Shown piece after piece: positions 1 to 10,339 of a DNA stretch of 64,000 bases. The notes beneath the pieces are model-generated. The model was not told where the DNA came from. It saw only the letters and a list, made by a program, of their open reading frames with translations, and ran no database searches. The position numbers and the translations under genes were made by a program. Source of the DNA: an uncultured Anaerolineaceae bacterium (lineage in GTDB: Bacteria; Chloroflexota; Anaerolineae; Anaerolineales; E44-bin32); assembly GCA_964475265.1 (NCBI GenBank), contig CAYYVY010000006.1, forward strand, positions 761 to 64,760, given 5' to 3'. Each line of letters begins with the position of its first letter. Position 1 is the stretch's first letter.

Positions 1-854
1 ATCCAGTTGATCAGCCCTTCCGGGAGGTAACCTTCGTCGCGCAGTTCGGGGATGTAGATGCCTTTCACGCCGGCCTGGCGCTTGCTCATCTTCCCCTTTC
101 CGCTGGGATTGAGAAACACGGAAAGGTGCACCCACACCGGTTGTTCCCAACCGAAAGCTTGATAGACCATCACGTGCAGGGGGAACGTGGGCAGCCACTC
201 CGATCCGCGGAAAACGTGGGTGATGCCCATCAAATGATCGTCCACCATCGCCGCCAGATGATAAACCGGCAGACCGTCCGATTTGAGCAGGATGTAGTCG
301 TCCATGCTGGCGTTTTCGACGCTGATTTCGCCGCGCAGGAAGTCTACGGCCGTCGTTGTTCCATCCAGCGGTGTTTTGAAGCGGACGACGTGGGATTCAC
401 CGGCTTCGACCCTGGATTCAGCTTCTTCGGGGCTCAATTGGCGGCAGAGACGGTTATAGCGCGGCGGTTCTTTGCGTGATTGCTGTTCTTGGCGGACCTG
501 CGCCAAACGCTTCGGGGAACAGAAGCAGTAGTAGGCATGCCCGCGGCGGATGAGTTCTTCGGCGTGAGACTTATAGATATCGCCTCTTTCGGATTGGCGG
601 TAGGGGGTATGCGGTCCACCGACATCGGGTCCTTCGTCCCATTCGATTCCAAGCCAGTGGAGTGACTCTATCAAATCATCTTCCGCTTGCGGGTCGAAGC
701 GTTTGCGATCCGTATCCTCGATACGCAAAATGAACTGCCCTGCATGTTGCCGGGCGAGCAGGAAATTGTATAGCGCCGTGCGGCCACCGCCGAGATGGAA
801 GTGCCCCGTCGGTGAGGGTGCAAAACGAACGCGAACGGGTTTTGAAGATGTCAT
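1..854 (-). CDS. gltX: glutamate--tRNA ligase, N-terminal ~284 codons (3' end runs off the window)
   Basis: Reverse translation from ATG at 852-854 gives MTSSKPVRVRFAPSPTGHFHLGGGRTALYNFLLARQHAGQFILRIEDTD... and later PSGKGKMSKRQ...LPEGLINW (class I HIGH-like and KMSK motifs). It is absent from the ORF track because the window edge truncates it. Confidence 0.85.
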   Translation of the reverse strand, partial: MTSSKPVRVRFAPSPTGHFHLGGGRTALYNFLLARQHAGQFILRIEDTDRKRFDPQAEDDLIESLHWLGIEWDEGPDVGGPHTPYRQSERGDIYKSHAEELIRRGHAYYCFCSPKRLAQVRQEQQSRKEPPRYNRLCRQLSPEEAESRVEAGESHVVRFKTPLDGTTTAVDFLRGEISVENASMDDYILLKSDGLPVYHLAAMVDDHLMGITHVFRGSEWLPTFPLHVMVYQAFGWEQPVWVHLSVFLNPSGKGKMSKRQAGVKGIYIPELRDEGYLPEGLINW

Positions 855-879
855 ATACCTTCCCTGGTGGATTGCGGAA

Positions 880-1980
880 TTAGAGTTCGATTTTCTTGTG
901 ACGCAGAATCACGCTTTGCACGAGTCCGATGCCCAGGAGACTCGTCAGCAGTGAAGATCCACCGTAGCTGAAAAACGGCAGCGGGAGACCGGAGACGGGG
1001 AAGATGTTCAAATTCACGCCGATGTTGAAGGCTCCTTGGAAGAACAAAAGGATCGCCACGCCGTAGCAAATCAAGGCGCCGAATGTGTCGCGAGCCATGT
1101 GCGCAGCGCGCAGGCAGCGAAATATGATGAACATGAAAAGCAGCAGGAAAATTATGGCGCCGACGAATCCGAATTCTTCCGACATGGCGGAAAAGATGAA
1201 ATCGGTGTGGCGCACCTTCAAAAAACGCAGCTGAACTTGTGTCCCGTTGCCGTACCCCTTGCCGGAAAAACCGCCGGAACCGATGGCGATGCGTGCCTGG
1301 TTGACGTTGTAGGTGGCGCCGTAATTCGCTTCCGGATCGGGGAAGAGAAAGGTGATCACGCGAGCCTGCTGGTAGGGTTGGAGCAGGGGCCAGGCGAGAA
1401 TGGGCAGGAGCAAGACGATCGTTACCAGGATGACGATGTGCCGGTAGCGAATTCCGCCGGCCCAGACCAGGGCCGCCCAAATAACGCCGAGGACGATGGC
1501 GGTGCTTAAATCCGGTTGAATGAACACGAGCAGTGCGGGAAATCCAACCAGGGCCAGGCTGCGTACGATCGTACCAGGTTGATTCAGTTTGTGCTGGTTG
1601 CGGGAGATGAAACTGGCCAGCACCAGGATCATAAAGATCTTGGCCAATTCGGAAGGCTGCACGGTGGTCGTGCCAACCCGGAACCAGCGAGCGGATCCGA
1701 AGCCCACAACACCGGCCGCAGCGATCAATCCGAGCAGACCGATCGTAAGTATATAGATGGGGCGGGAAAGCGTTGCCCAGAATCGGTAATCGATCGCCGC
1801 AGTCAGGAGCACCACGGTGAAACCAACGATTGCAAAAAGCGTTTGCCGCGAGGGACTATCCGCCAGTTCCTGATTCCCGGCAATAGCCGAGCGGATCATG
1901 GCAATACCGGCGATCGTCAGCACCGCGACCGCGGCAAGAAGCCAAACATCAAAATGTCGCCAAATGCGAGTCTGACGCAT
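880..1980 (-). CDS. rodA: SEDS-family peptidoglycan polymerase RodA (FtsW/RodA/SpoVE family)
   Basis: 366-aa polytopic membrane ORF with family-typical stretches (NQARIAIGSGGFSGKGYGNGTQ; PVSGLPLPFFSYGGSSL). It is the last gene of the mre-mrdA-min cluster. Confidence 0.88.
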   Translation of the reverse strand: MRQTRIWRHFDVWLLAAVAVLTIAGIAMIRSAIAGNQELADSPSRQTLFAIVGFTVVLLTAAIDYRFWATLSRPIYILTIGLLGLIAAAGVVGFGSARWFRVGTTTVQPSELAKIFMILVLASFISRNQHKLNQPGTIVRSLALVGFPALLVFIQPDLSTAIVLGVIWAALVWAGGIRYRHIVILVTIVLLLPILAWPLLQPYQQARVITFLFPDPEANYGATYNVNQARIAIGSGGFSGKGYGNGTQVQLRFLKVRHTDFIFSAMSEEFGFVGAIIFLLLFMFIIFRCLRAAHMARDTFGALICYGVAILLFFQGAFNIGVNLNIFPVSGLPLPFFSYGGSSLLTSLLGIGLVQSVILRHKKIEL

Positions 1981-1983
1981 ACC

Positions 1984-2256
1984 TTATCTTGGCCTTCCGC
2001 GTCGAGAAGGTACAGGGGTCAGGGGAATATCTGCGACGAGGCGTTGCTGATTTCGGTCGCGCGTGAGGCTGACGCGAACCGAGTGTTTATCGATCTCAAT
2101 GTGCCTGGAAATCACATCGATAAGTTCATCTTTGAGTGCTTCCAATCTATTTGGAGAGAGCCCCGCTCTGTCGTGCACGAGAACGAGTTTGAGTCGTTCC
2201 TTGGCGGTCTGTGCACTGCTGGGCCGTCCAAATCGCAATTGGTTTCTGAGGCTCAT
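1984..2256 (-). CDS. minE: cell division topological specificity factor MinE
   Basis: 90 aa with a typical MinE N-terminus (AKERLKLVLVHDR). It has a 4-nt overlap with the minD stop. Confidence 0.9.
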   Translation of the reverse strand: MSLRNQLRFGRPSSAQTAKERLKLVLVHDRAGLSPNRLEALKDELIDVISRHIEIDKHSVRVSLTRDRNQQRLVADIPLTPVPSRRGRPR

Positions 2257-3059
2257 CCTTCGCCTCCTGTTTTGACGAGGCGGGATAAGCGTCCAAAGAA
2301 ACCATCATGCTCATCCAATGCCTCGAATGGAACGTCCTCACCGTTCAGGCGTCGAGCGATATTGCGGAATGCTCCACCAGCTTTACTGCGTGGATCGAGC
2401 ACGACTGCGAGCCCTTTGTTGGCAGCGACGATTACCGATTCGTCATCCGGCACGACCCCAACCAGATCGATGGCCAGGACGTCGAGTACATCATCCGTGC
2501 CCAGCATGTCCCCGCGCTTGATCATTTCAGGCTTCACCCGATTGATGATCAACTTCCCCGGTCCTTTGTCTTCCGCTTCGACCAGGCCGATGATGCGATC
2601 CGCATCACGGACGGCGGAAACCTCCGGGTTTGTAATGATCACCACGATGTCTGCCGGAGCGATAGCGTTGCGGAAGCCGCGTTCGATTCCGGCTGGCGAG
2701 TCGATCAAGATCCAATCAAAGTCCGCGCGCAATTCGTCGGACAGGCGGATCATGTCTTGCGGTGAAACCGCTGTTTTATCCCGCGTTTGAGCGGCGGGTA
2801 TGAGATAGAACTCTTCCAGGCGTTTGTCCCGGATCATTGCTTGGCGGAGCTTGCAGCGTCCCTCAACGACGTCAACAAGATCGTAGACGATGCGGTTTTC
2901 GAGACCCATGACGACGTCCAGATTTCGCAGTCCGATATCGGCATCGATACATACCACGCGCAATCCCATGTTGGCCAACGCAGCGCCGAGGTTTGCCGTG
3001 GCGGTCGTTTTACCGACTCCACCCTTTCCGGATGTGATAGTTGCTACCTTACCACTCAT
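2253..3059 (-). CDS. minD: septum site-determining ATPase MinD
   Basis: 268 aa with the deviant Walker A SGKGGVGKTT and a ParA/MinD fold sequence throughout. Confidence 0.95.
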   Translation of the reverse strand: MSGKVATITSGKGGVGKTTATANLGAALANMGLRVVCIDADIGLRNLDVVMGLENRIVYDLVDVVEGRCKLRQAMIRDKRLEEFYLIPAAQTRDKTAVSPQDMIRLSDELRADFDWILIDSPAGIERGFRNAIAPADIVVIITNPEVSAVRDADRIIGLVEAEDKGPGKLIINRVKPEMIKRGDMLGTDDVLDVLAIDLVGVVPDDESVIVAANKGLAVVLDPRSKAGGAFRNIARRLNGEDVPFEALDEHDGFFGRLSRLVKTGGEG

Positions 3060-3094
3060 ACACCAACTCCGTGTTCAATTTGCCGAAACGATGA

Positions 3095-3769
3095 TCACGT
3101 TTGCCAGGGCTCGGCGATCAATTGTCCATCCCGGATACAGGCGATTTCCGGCATCGTCTTGGATCGACGCCCGGGGGAGATGGCGATCTGTCCCGCGATA
3201 CGTAATTGTGTCGGCGAAAGATCGAGCGCACAAACCGTTGCGCTTTCGTTTCCGACAGCGCCGGCATGCACCGTGCCCCGCAGCCGTCCCCATACGATCA
3301 CGTGTCCACCAGCAACGATCTCCGCACCTGGATTCACGTCCCCGAGCACGATGACGTGTCCGGCGTAGCGGACGTTGTGACCTGAACGCAACGTTCGTTC
3401 CACGAGCACTGCTTCCTCGCCCTGCAATCGTGTTTCGAGTGGAAGTTCGTCATCCCTCTCGGCGTGCGTTGTCTTGGATAACTCCAGTTCCAAGCCCAGA
3501 TCGGCGGCAGCGCCTCGGGTTGTTGCGGAAGTCGTGAGAATCGCCCAGAGTGTGATCTCTTCCTCTGCGAGCATGTCGCGCAGACGACCGAGTTCTGCTG
3601 CACTTATATCCCGATTTTCAATTTGAAGGGCAAGACGAGCACCGCGAAAGAAATCCGCTTGTTTTTGAATTGCCTCGAGCAGATTTGGCAGCACCTCTGC
3701 CCAATCACCCTCAGGAACGGTGATCAGAATACCATCCCGGATCCCTTTAATCGCCAGCGGTGTGTTCAT
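3095..3769 (-). CDS. minC: septum site-determining protein MinC
   Basis: 224 aa. The C-terminal beta-helix repeat VVLGDVNPGAEIVAGGHVIVWGRLRGTVHAG is typical of MinC. It lies upstream of minDE. Confidence 0.85.
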   Translation of the reverse strand: MNTPLAIKGIRDGILITVPEGDWAEVLPNLLEAIQKQADFFRGARLALQIENRDISAAELGRLRDMLAEEEITLWAILTTSATTRGAAADLGLELELSKTTHAERDDELPLETRLQGEEAVLVERTLRSGHNVRYAGHVIVLGDVNPGAEIVAGGHVIVWGRLRGTVHAGAVGNESATVCALDLSPTQLRIAGQIAISPGRRSKTMPEIACIRDGQLIAEPWQT

Positions 3770-3864
3770 AGCCCGTTCGATTGGCGATTATAGCACGCGA
3801 TCGGCTCTAGTGCGACAAGCGGAACATTGCCTCCGTGCATCAAGTGGGAGGTTGCGGGAAAGTG

Positions 3865-6018
3865 CTATTCGACCAGGGCGACGTCGATCGCTTTGAGCGA
3901 AAAATAGGCGTCCATGACTTGTTTGACGATCGGACCTGCGGTGATTGCGCCTTCACCGCCGTTGTAGACGAAGGCAACCACGGCGATTTCGGGGTTCTCG
4001 AAGGGGGCATATGCGGTGTACCAGGAGTGGGTTGGCCAGGCGCCGGGTTTACATAAGCCCATGTTGTAGGCAACAGTGTCGCAGAATTCTCCCGTACCGG
4101 TCTTGCCGGCGGAAGAGATATTCTCAAGATTGGCATAGCCATGCGCCGTGCCTTCTGTGACCACCAAGCGCATACCCTGTTGGGCCAGCTCGAGCACGTG
4201 TGGATCGACGATGATGTCCGGGGAAAGTATCCCCTGATCCCGCCGTTCATCGATGATGAACTGCCGCAGATCCGCGGGAAGTGTGGGGCAGTCGGCGCCG
4301 ATCTCATCCAGGGGTGTAATGACATCGTCGGCGATGTCCCAGAGCACACAGGGGTCGTACTGGTATATCACGTTACCCTCACCATCGAGCACTTCTTTGA
4401 TCACGTGCGGCCACATGACTTTACCGCCGTTGGCGATCGTGACGATAGACGTGAGCACCTGCAAGGGGGTTGCGGCCACAAACCCCTGGCCGACGACGGT
4501 GTTGTACGTATCCCCGGTTGACCAACCTTCACCAAGATTGATACGTTTCCAGTCCTCGTTGGGAATTAAACCGCGGACTTCTCCGGGCAAGTCGATACCC
4601 AGGGGAGCACCGTAACCAAGTGCGGGCGCATAACGATTGATCCCCGAGACTCCAAGTCCTTCTTCTACCTCGCCCGGATATCCGCCGCCGATTTTGTAGA
4701 AGTAAACGTTGCAGGAGTACGCAATCCCATGCACGAAATCGACGAGGCCGTGACCTTCTTCTTTCCAACAGACGAAATCCTTCGCCTTCCCGGGATCGTT
4801 GGGGAAATAGCGGTTGGTGATGGTGATCTTGCCCGGGTCGTTGAGCTGGCGCTCGGGTGTAATCACGCCTTCATTGAGCGCGCCAACGGCCGTCACCATC
4901 TTGAACGATGAACCCGGGGGGAATACATCGGCGATGGCGTGATTCACGAGCGGTTTTCCCCGATCGTCCCGAATCAGTTGAAAATAGTAATCTTCCGGGA
5001 TGTAGCGGGCGAAACGATTGTTCTCGTAGGAGGGAAGCGAAACCATGGCGAGTATTTCACCCGTGCGCGGATCCATGGCGATGACGACGCCGATCGGGGT
5101 TCGCTCTTCACCTGCGTAGCGGTTGATGAATTCCATCCGGTTGCTGAGCGCTGCCTCGGCGGACGCCTGCAGGCGTGTGTCGATCGTCAGACGCAAGTTG
5201 TTGCCGGGAACAGGTTGCGTGACTTCTCCGACCTCTCGCAGTTGCCGTCCGGCGACGTCGATTTCGACTTGCTTGATTCCGTTTTGGCCGGCCAGAATTT
5301 CTTGATACATACCGACGTAAACGCCTTGAAAGTCACCCTGATCGATCACCGATCCAAATCCAAATTCGATACCGGAGTAGCCGATCTTGTCGCGTCCGGC
5401 GACAAATCCGTTTTCGGTGTAATACGGCTCGAAGATGGCCGGGATCGGACCTAGGTAACCGATCAATGCCGAGGTCAATGCTCCCGTGGTGTAGTCCCGC
5501 ACGGGGGTAATTTCGATGCTAACACCGGGCAAGTCGATCGATTCTTCACGCAAAATCCGCGCCGCCGTCTCATCAATGTCACAGGCTATGGGCCAGGCAT
5601 CGTAGGGGCTGTTGGTGAGCCCTTCTTCTACGAATTGCCGAATTCCACGGCCGGGGACGCAACGCGCTGCAGGCGGGCCTTCTTGGTCGATCGGTACTCC
5701 CGTGATTTCGGATAACCGTTGGTAGATGGCTTCGATTTCCGCGTTGCTGTCGGGAAGAAGGGCGGGTGTGATGACCACGTTGAAGGATGGAATGTTGCGT
5801 ACCAGTTGGAAACCGTTGCGATCGTAGATTATGCCGCGAGCCGCAGGGGAATTCACGGTTTTAAAGCGGTTATCGTCCGCCTGCGCCCGGTAAGTCTCAC
5901 CTTCGACGATTTGCAAGGTAAACAGGCGCACGAAAAAGAAGGCGAACGTTACCAGGATGATGAGGTAGGAGAGTCGAATCCTCGATCTGGGTATATTTGA
6001 TTCATTACCGATGGACAT
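3865..6018 (-). CDS. mrdA: penicillin-binding protein 2 (class B transpeptidase, elongasome)
   Basis: 717 aa with an N-terminal TM segment and intact catalytic motifs: SxxK (PPGSSFKM), SxN (YSCNVY) and KTG (AGKTGTGE). It follows mreBCD. Confidence 0.9.
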   Translation of the reverse strand: MSIGNESNIPRSRIRLSYLIILVTFAFFFVRLFTLQIVEGETYRAQADDNRFKTVNSPAARGIIYDRNGFQLVRNIPSFNVVITPALLPDSNAEIEAIYQRLSEITGVPIDQEGPPAARCVPGRGIRQFVEEGLTNSPYDAWPIACDIDETAARILREESIDLPGVSIEITPVRDYTTGALTSALIGYLGPIPAIFEPYYTENGFVAGRDKIGYSGIEFGFGSVIDQGDFQGVYVGMYQEILAGQNGIKQVEIDVAGRQLREVGEVTQPVPGNNLRLTIDTRLQASAEAALSNRMEFINRYAGEERTPIGVVIAMDPRTGEILAMVSLPSYENNRFARYIPEDYYFQLIRDDRGKPLVNHAIADVFPPGSSFKMVTAVGALNEGVITPERQLNDPGKITITNRYFPNDPGKAKDFVCWKEEGHGLVDFVHGIAYSCNVYFYKIGGGYPGEVEEGLGVSGINRYAPALGYGAPLGIDLPGEVRGLIPNEDWKRINLGEGWSTGDTYNTVVGQGFVAATPLQVLTSIVTIANGGKVMWPHVIKEVLDGEGNVIYQYDPCVLWDIADDVITPLDEIGADCPTLPADLRQFIIDERRDQGILSPDIIVDPHVLELAQQGMRLVVTEGTAHGYANLENISSAGKTGTGEFCDTVAYNMGLCKPGAWPTHSWYTAYAPFENPEIAVVAFVYNGGEGAITAGPIVKQVMDAYFSLKAIDVALVE

Positions 6019-6030
6019 GCGTCATCCGCC

Positions 6031-6531
6031 TTAGAGTTCGACTTCTTGTGGGAAGAGACGGTAATGCAAGGCTGAAGCAAGTTGTGAGGCCGGTAGGGCG
6101 ATGACGACGTTTAAAAATGTACTGGGCAGGATGATACGACGGAATACATACGCAAACGAAATGTCTTGCGCCAGAATCATGATCATGAACGTGCTCAGCA
6201 TGTGATACGTCAGTGATGCAACCAACATGACTCCCAAGGGCATTAACAAATGTGCCTCCCAAAACCGTCCTTCCAAGAAGGATACCAGAAATGTAACAAT
6301 GAGGAGAATAAGCGCGCTGCTCCCGAAGGGTAACCCGGAAAGCAAGTCAAGCGCAAAGCCGCCGATCACGCCCAACACCATGGCTTCCTCGCTGCGTCGT
6401 GTGAGACTCCATGAGACAACGGCAACAAGCACCAGATCGGCTCGGCCATCGAGCAGCTCGAAATAGCCCATCAATACGGACTGGAGAATAGCAAGCAAGG
6501 TCAATAATGGAATCCCAATAACGTAAGCCAT
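6031..6531 (-). CDS. mreD: rod shape-determining protein MreD
   Basis: 166-aa hydrophobic multi-TM ORF directly after mreC. The call rests on position and topology. Confidence 0.75.
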   Translation of the reverse strand: MAYVIGIPLLTLLAILQSVLMGYFELLDGRADLVLVAVVSWSLTRRSEEAMVLGVIGGFALDLLSGLPFGSSALILLIVTFLVSFLEGRFWEAHLLMPLGVMLVASLTYHMLSTFMIMILAQDISFAYVFRRIILPSTFLNVVIALPASQLASALHYRLFPQEVEL

Positions 6532-6541
6532 CGTCGTCTTT

Positions 6542-7375
6542 TTACGGAGCGGTCAGTTCTATGGGAATGGGTTGGAAATTGGTGATAACCAACACGATGT
6601 GCAGCGAGTCGAAATCGACGCTCGCCTGGACGCCCGCTTGTTGGAAGAGTTCGTAGTCACGCCGTCGAACGTTTATAATCTGACCGACGGGTATGTCGGC
6701 AGGGTAGTTGTTGCCCAGCCCGGATGTGAGCACCAGCTCCCCGATGGTAATTTCGGCGTTCTGATCGATCAAATCCACCGATAATTCGCCGTTGAATTCC
6801 GCTTTCAACACACCATCCGTCCTGGCCAGCTGCAGCGTGACGTTGACCGCAGCTTCGGGATCTGTGATCAATTGAACGCGTGAGGCGGTGGGGAAGACTT
6901 CGGCGATGCGTCCCACCAAACCCCTTTCCGTAACCACGGGCATGCCCTGGCTGAGGTTCGAATCCGAACCGCGGTCGATCCAGATGGAGCGGATGAAAGG
7001 GCTGGGATCGCGGCCGATTACGTTTGTTGCGATCGAGCGGCTTTCCGGCTGAGAACGGGCATAGTTGAGCAGCGAGGCAAGGATTTCGGCTTCTGCCGCT
7101 TGTTCACGCAGGGTAATGATCTCTTGTTCCAATCGAGCAACCTCGCTCTGCAGCCGGGATACCTCCGCCTGCAGTGAGGCGATGTCGCGCGGCGCCGTAA
7201 GTGTGTCGCGAATGGCGGACACGCGCAGGGCGATCCAGGCTTGCACGGCGCTGATCGGGCGCGAGAAAAAATCCCGCACGGGGGCGAAATACCCGCCGAT
7301 GCTGATGATCATGATTCCGATCGTAATCAATGCCAAAGTTCCGGCGACAAGTGAACGAGAGTTTGATCGATTCAT
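6542..7375 (-). CDS. mreC: rod shape-determining protein MreC
   Basis: 277 aa with an N-terminal TM segment, a coiled coil (SLQAEVSRLQSEVARLEQEIITLREQ) and a C-terminal beta domain (GMPVVTERGLVGRI). Confidence 0.9.
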   Translation of the reverse strand: MNRSNSRSLVAGTLALITIGIMIISIGGYFAPVRDFFSRPISAVQAWIALRVSAIRDTLTAPRDIASLQAEVSRLQSEVARLEQEIITLREQAAEAEILASLLNYARSQPESRSIATNVIGRDPSPFIRSIWIDRGSDSNLSQGMPVVTERGLVGRIAEVFPTASRVQLITDPEAAVNVTLQLARTDGVLKAEFNGELSVDLIDQNAEITIGELVLTSGLGNNYPADIPVGQIINVRRRDYELFQQAGVQASVDFDSLHIVLVITNFQPIPIELTAP

Positions 7376-7414
7376 CAGACGATTTTTCGGAAGATCGAGC
7401 CTCGACTCAGAAGG

Positions 7415-8479
7415 CTACGCCTTCTGTTGTCGACGGTCAAGACCGACGAGGAACCGGCCCAGGTTATCGAGGTCTTCGAGCACCAGGCCAGCACCGCGGG
7501 CTACACAGGTCATCGGGTCTTCTGCATTCCAGACGCGCATGTGAAGATCGTTGGAGAGGCGTTCGGTCAGGTTTTGAAGTTGGGATGTTCCACCGGCCAG
7601 ACAAATACCATCTTCCATCAGATCGGAAATTAACTCGGGTGGGATTTCGTCCAAGGCATCTCGTATGGTTTCTACGATGATGTTCACGGAACCGGACAAC
7701 GCTTCGCGAATCTCGACGGACGAAATCTCCACGGCTTCCGGCAGGCCACGCACCAGGTTGCGCCCGCGAACGCTCATCGTTTTTTCTTCCTTGAGTGGGT
7801 AGGCAGAACCGATGTTGATTTTCAATTGTTCGGCCATGCGTTCCCCAATGAGCAGGTTGTACTTGTTGCGGATGTAGTTCATGATGTCCTGATCCATCTC
7901 ATCACCAGCAACGCGTAAGGAACGTGAAACGACGATGCCGCCCATGGTAAAGACGGCAAGTTCGGTCGTACCGCCGCCGATGTCGACGATCATCGACCCA
8001 CGCACTTCGCTGATTGGGAGCCGGGCACCGAGTGCGGCGGCGGTCGGTTCTTCAATCAACAACGCTTCTCGGGCGCCGGCGGCCATGGCGGCGTCGTAAA
8101 CGGCGCGTTTTTCAACTTCTGTGGCTCCACTGGGTATCCCGACGACAACTCTTGGCCGAGGCACGGGGGAAATGCTTTGTTCGTGGGCTTTGGCGATGAA
8201 GTATTCCAGCATGCGCTCGGTGATCTCAAAATCGGAGATCACGCCGTCCCGCAAAGGACGAATCACGACCACGTTGTTCGGTGTACGTCCAACCATTTGC
8301 TTGGCTTCCGCGCCGATGGCTAAGGGGCGCTTGGTCTTCTTCTCGATGGCAACCCAGGAAGGCTCGTTGATGACGATGCCTTTGCCGCGCACATTAACGA
8401 GTGTGTTCGCCGTCCCCAGGTCGATTCCGATGTCGAGAGAAAAGAGTCCAAGCAGCCAATTCAGGGGGTTTAATGCCAC
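7415..8479 (-). CDS. mreB: rod shape-determining actin homologue MreB
   Basis: Carries the actin-fold motifs DIGIDLGTANTLV and DIGGGTTE. The track ORF extends to 8545, but an in-frame GTG at 8479 sits 10 nt after a GGAGG. That start gives a normal MreB N-terminus, so I prefer it. Confidence 0.9.
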   Translation of the reverse strand: MALNPLNWLLGLFSLDIGIDLGTANTLVNVRGKGIVINEPSWVAIEKKTKRPLAIGAEAKQMVGRTPNNVVVIRPLRDGVISDFEITERMLEYFIAKAHEQSISPVPRPRVVVGIPSGATEVEKRAVYDAAMAAGAREALLIEEPTAAALGARLPISEVRGSMIVDIGGGTTELAVFTMGGIVVSRSLRVAGDEMDQDIMNYIRNKYNLLIGERMAEQLKINIGSAYPLKEEKTMSVRGRNLVRGLPEAVEISSVEIREALSGSVNIIVETIRDALDEIPPELISDLMEDGICLAGGTSQLQNLTERLSNDLHMRVWNAEDPMTCVARGAGLVLEDLDNLGRFLVGLDRRQQKA

Positions 8480-8610
8480 AGTACGTGTACCTCCGTGAGG
8501 CCAGTTCCAGATTATAGCACAGACAAGTTTAACCTTTTGCAACATCGATGTCTATAGTTATGTAAAACGATATCTATACGCTCGTTCTACGATGCTATAA
8601 TCGCTTCGAT

Positions 8611-10095
8611 ATGGACGTCTGTCGAGAAATCGCGCTTTTCATCGATCAAGAAGAGCTGTTGCAAGAAAAGCAGGAGCTCGTGGCGGCTGTCTCCGGTGGG
8701 CCGGACAGTCTCTGCCTGCTGCATTGTCTGCATCGCCTGGGTTATCGTCCAATCGTGGCGCATCTCGATCACCAGCTGCGGGAGGAGAGCGTTTCGGAGG
8801 CCGAATTCGTCCGTCGGATTGCGGAGCGGCTCGGACTGGCGTATGTATCCGAGAAAGCCGACGTCACCGCTTTCGCCGAACAAGGTGCTTCGGTCGAGGA
8901 AGCCGCTCGCATCCTGCGCTATCGCTTTCTGGTTCGTGTAGCTCGGGATTACGGCGTTAACGCCATTGCCACGGGACATACTTCCGACGACCAGGCAGAG
9001 ACAGTGTTGATGCACTTTCTGCGCGGGTCCGGTCCTTCGGGATTGCGCGGCATGTTGCCCAAGACACCGCTCAGCGAGTGGGTCGGGATCACGCAAGACG
9101 AGGGCAGTGGATTGTCGCTGATCCGACCGCTGCTTTGCCTGACTCACCAACAAACGCTGGATTACTGTGAATCCCAGGAATTGTCACCCATTGTGGATGC
9201 CTCGAACCTCGATCCGACGTATTACCGAAATCGGCTGCGACATCATCTCATGCCGATCCTCGAAAACTACAATACGGAAATCCGCAAGGTATTGAATCGC
9301 ACTGGTCGGGTGATGGCAGCGGAAGCGGCCTGGCTTTCAGAGACCGTCGCGGAACATTGGCCGTCCATTGTCAGTTCCCAAGGGGAGTATGCGCTCGCGC
9401 TGCAAACGGCAGGATTCTTGTCCCTGCCGCTCGCGCTGCAGCGGGCGGTCATGCGTGAGATGATCTACAGGTTGAAACCCACGTTACGAGATGTGGGTTT
9501 TGAGGCCGTAGAAAGCGCACGACGTTTCGTGCAAGCGCAACAAGCGGGCAAGCGCATTCATTTGGTCGGAAATCTGACTTTAACCCGCTTAGCGGACAAA
9601 TTTCTGCTCTTCGACTCGGAGTCGGAGCCCCAGTATTCGGCGTATCCACAAATCGTTCCCGGTGCTCAATTTATCCTGCCCATTCCGGGGAAAGTGGATC
9701 TCGCCTGCGGATGGACCGTGGAAGCATCGCAAATGCCCCTGACCGAAAATCTGAGCGAGGCGGTGCTTAACGACGAGAACGGCAAAACGGTAGCGATGGA
9801 GGCCTCGAAAGTCGATACGCCTCTAGAAGTTCGAGGGCGAAAACCCGGTGATCGGATTCGGCCACTCGGAATGAGCGGAACGCTCAAGGTGGCGGATCTC
9901 TTCATCAACCGTCGCATCCCACGGTTGGTACGGGAAAGGTGGCCGCTGGTCGTCGGAGGAGGCAAAGTGCTTTGGGTCGCGGGGTTAAGGATGTCGGATG
10001 ATGTACGTCTCACGCAGCAGACGGAAGAAATCGTGATGCTTCGACTGCGCGATCCCGCTCATGATGGGACCGATTCTTCCACCGCGGGTGGATAA
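8611..10095 (+). CDS. tilS: tRNA(Ile)-lysidine synthase
   Basis: 494 aa with the N-terminal PP-loop SGGPDS and TilS-type central and C-terminal domains (GxKKLxDLFI-like: TLKVADLFINRRIP). Confidence 0.9.
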   Translation: MDVCREIALFIDQEELLQEKQELVAAVSGGPDSLCLLHCLHRLGYRPIVAHLDHQLREESVSEAEFVRRIAERLGLAYVSEKADVTAFAEQGASVEEAARILRYRFLVRVARDYGVNAIATGHTSDDQAETVLMHFLRGSGPSGLRGMLPKTPLSEWVGITQDEGSGLSLIRPLLCLTHQQTLDYCESQELSPIVDASNLDPTYYRNRLRHHLMPILENYNTEIRKVLNRTGRVMAAEAAWLSETVAEHWPSIVSSQGEYALALQTAGFLSLPLALQRAVMREMIYRLKPTLRDVGFEAVESARRFVQAQQAGKRIHLVGNLTLTRLADKFLLFDSESEPQYSAYPQIVPGAQFILPIPGKVDLACGWTVEASQMPLTENLSEAVLNDENGKTVAMEASKVDTPLEVRGRKPGDRIRPLGMSGTLKVADLFINRRIPRLVRERWPLVVGGGKVLWVAGLRMSDDVRLTQQTEEIVMLRLRDPAHDGTDSSTAGG

Positions 10096-10099
10096 AATC

Positions 10100-10128
10100 T
10101 TGACTCGGATTCGGGGCGTAGCTATAAT
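10100..10128 (+). promoter_or_regulatory. near-consensus sigma-70-type promoter (TTGACT-17 nt-TATAAT)
   Basis: TTGACT lies at 10100-10105 and TATAAT at 10123-10128 with an exact 17-nt spacer. It begins 5 nt after the tilS stop. Confidence 0.55.
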
Positions 10129-10273
10129 CCCGCGAGATAAAAACTAAGCTGTGAAAACAGCGTATGTGTTCCAGATGGTTTCTACGATTACGAAGATAAT
10201 GTTTTATATTATAAGGCGGGGTAAGCACCTGAAGACTCCGGGCAAAGTCGAAATATCAGCAGTTGCAACCCGA

Positions 10274-10302
10274 AAGGCACGCCCTGCGTGCCTTATTCTT
10301 TA
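10274..10302 (+). terminator. intrinsic-terminator-like hairpin inside the glnA leader
   Basis: The stem AAGGCACGC/GCGTGCCTT is a perfect 9 bp with a 3-nt loop, followed by the U-containing tail ATTCTTTAC. It lies ~140 nt after the predicted TSS and ~110 nt before the glnA ATG. Confidence 0.5.
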
Positions 10303-10339
10303 CATCCCTTTCTTGTTGACGAGGGTATAGCTTTCTTGC

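Noticed and set aside
1516-2790. 424-aa plus-strand ORF spanning rodA, minE and minD
   Set aside because: It is antisense to three genes with unmistakable family motifs. Its product is Arg/Ser/Gly-rich with no motifs, as expected for a shadow ORF in GC-rich coding DNA.
10010-10228. 72-aa minus-strand ORF overlapping the tilS 3' end and the glnA-leader promoter
   Set aside because: It overlaps a well-supported gene and a consensus promoter on the other strand, and it has no SD or motif.
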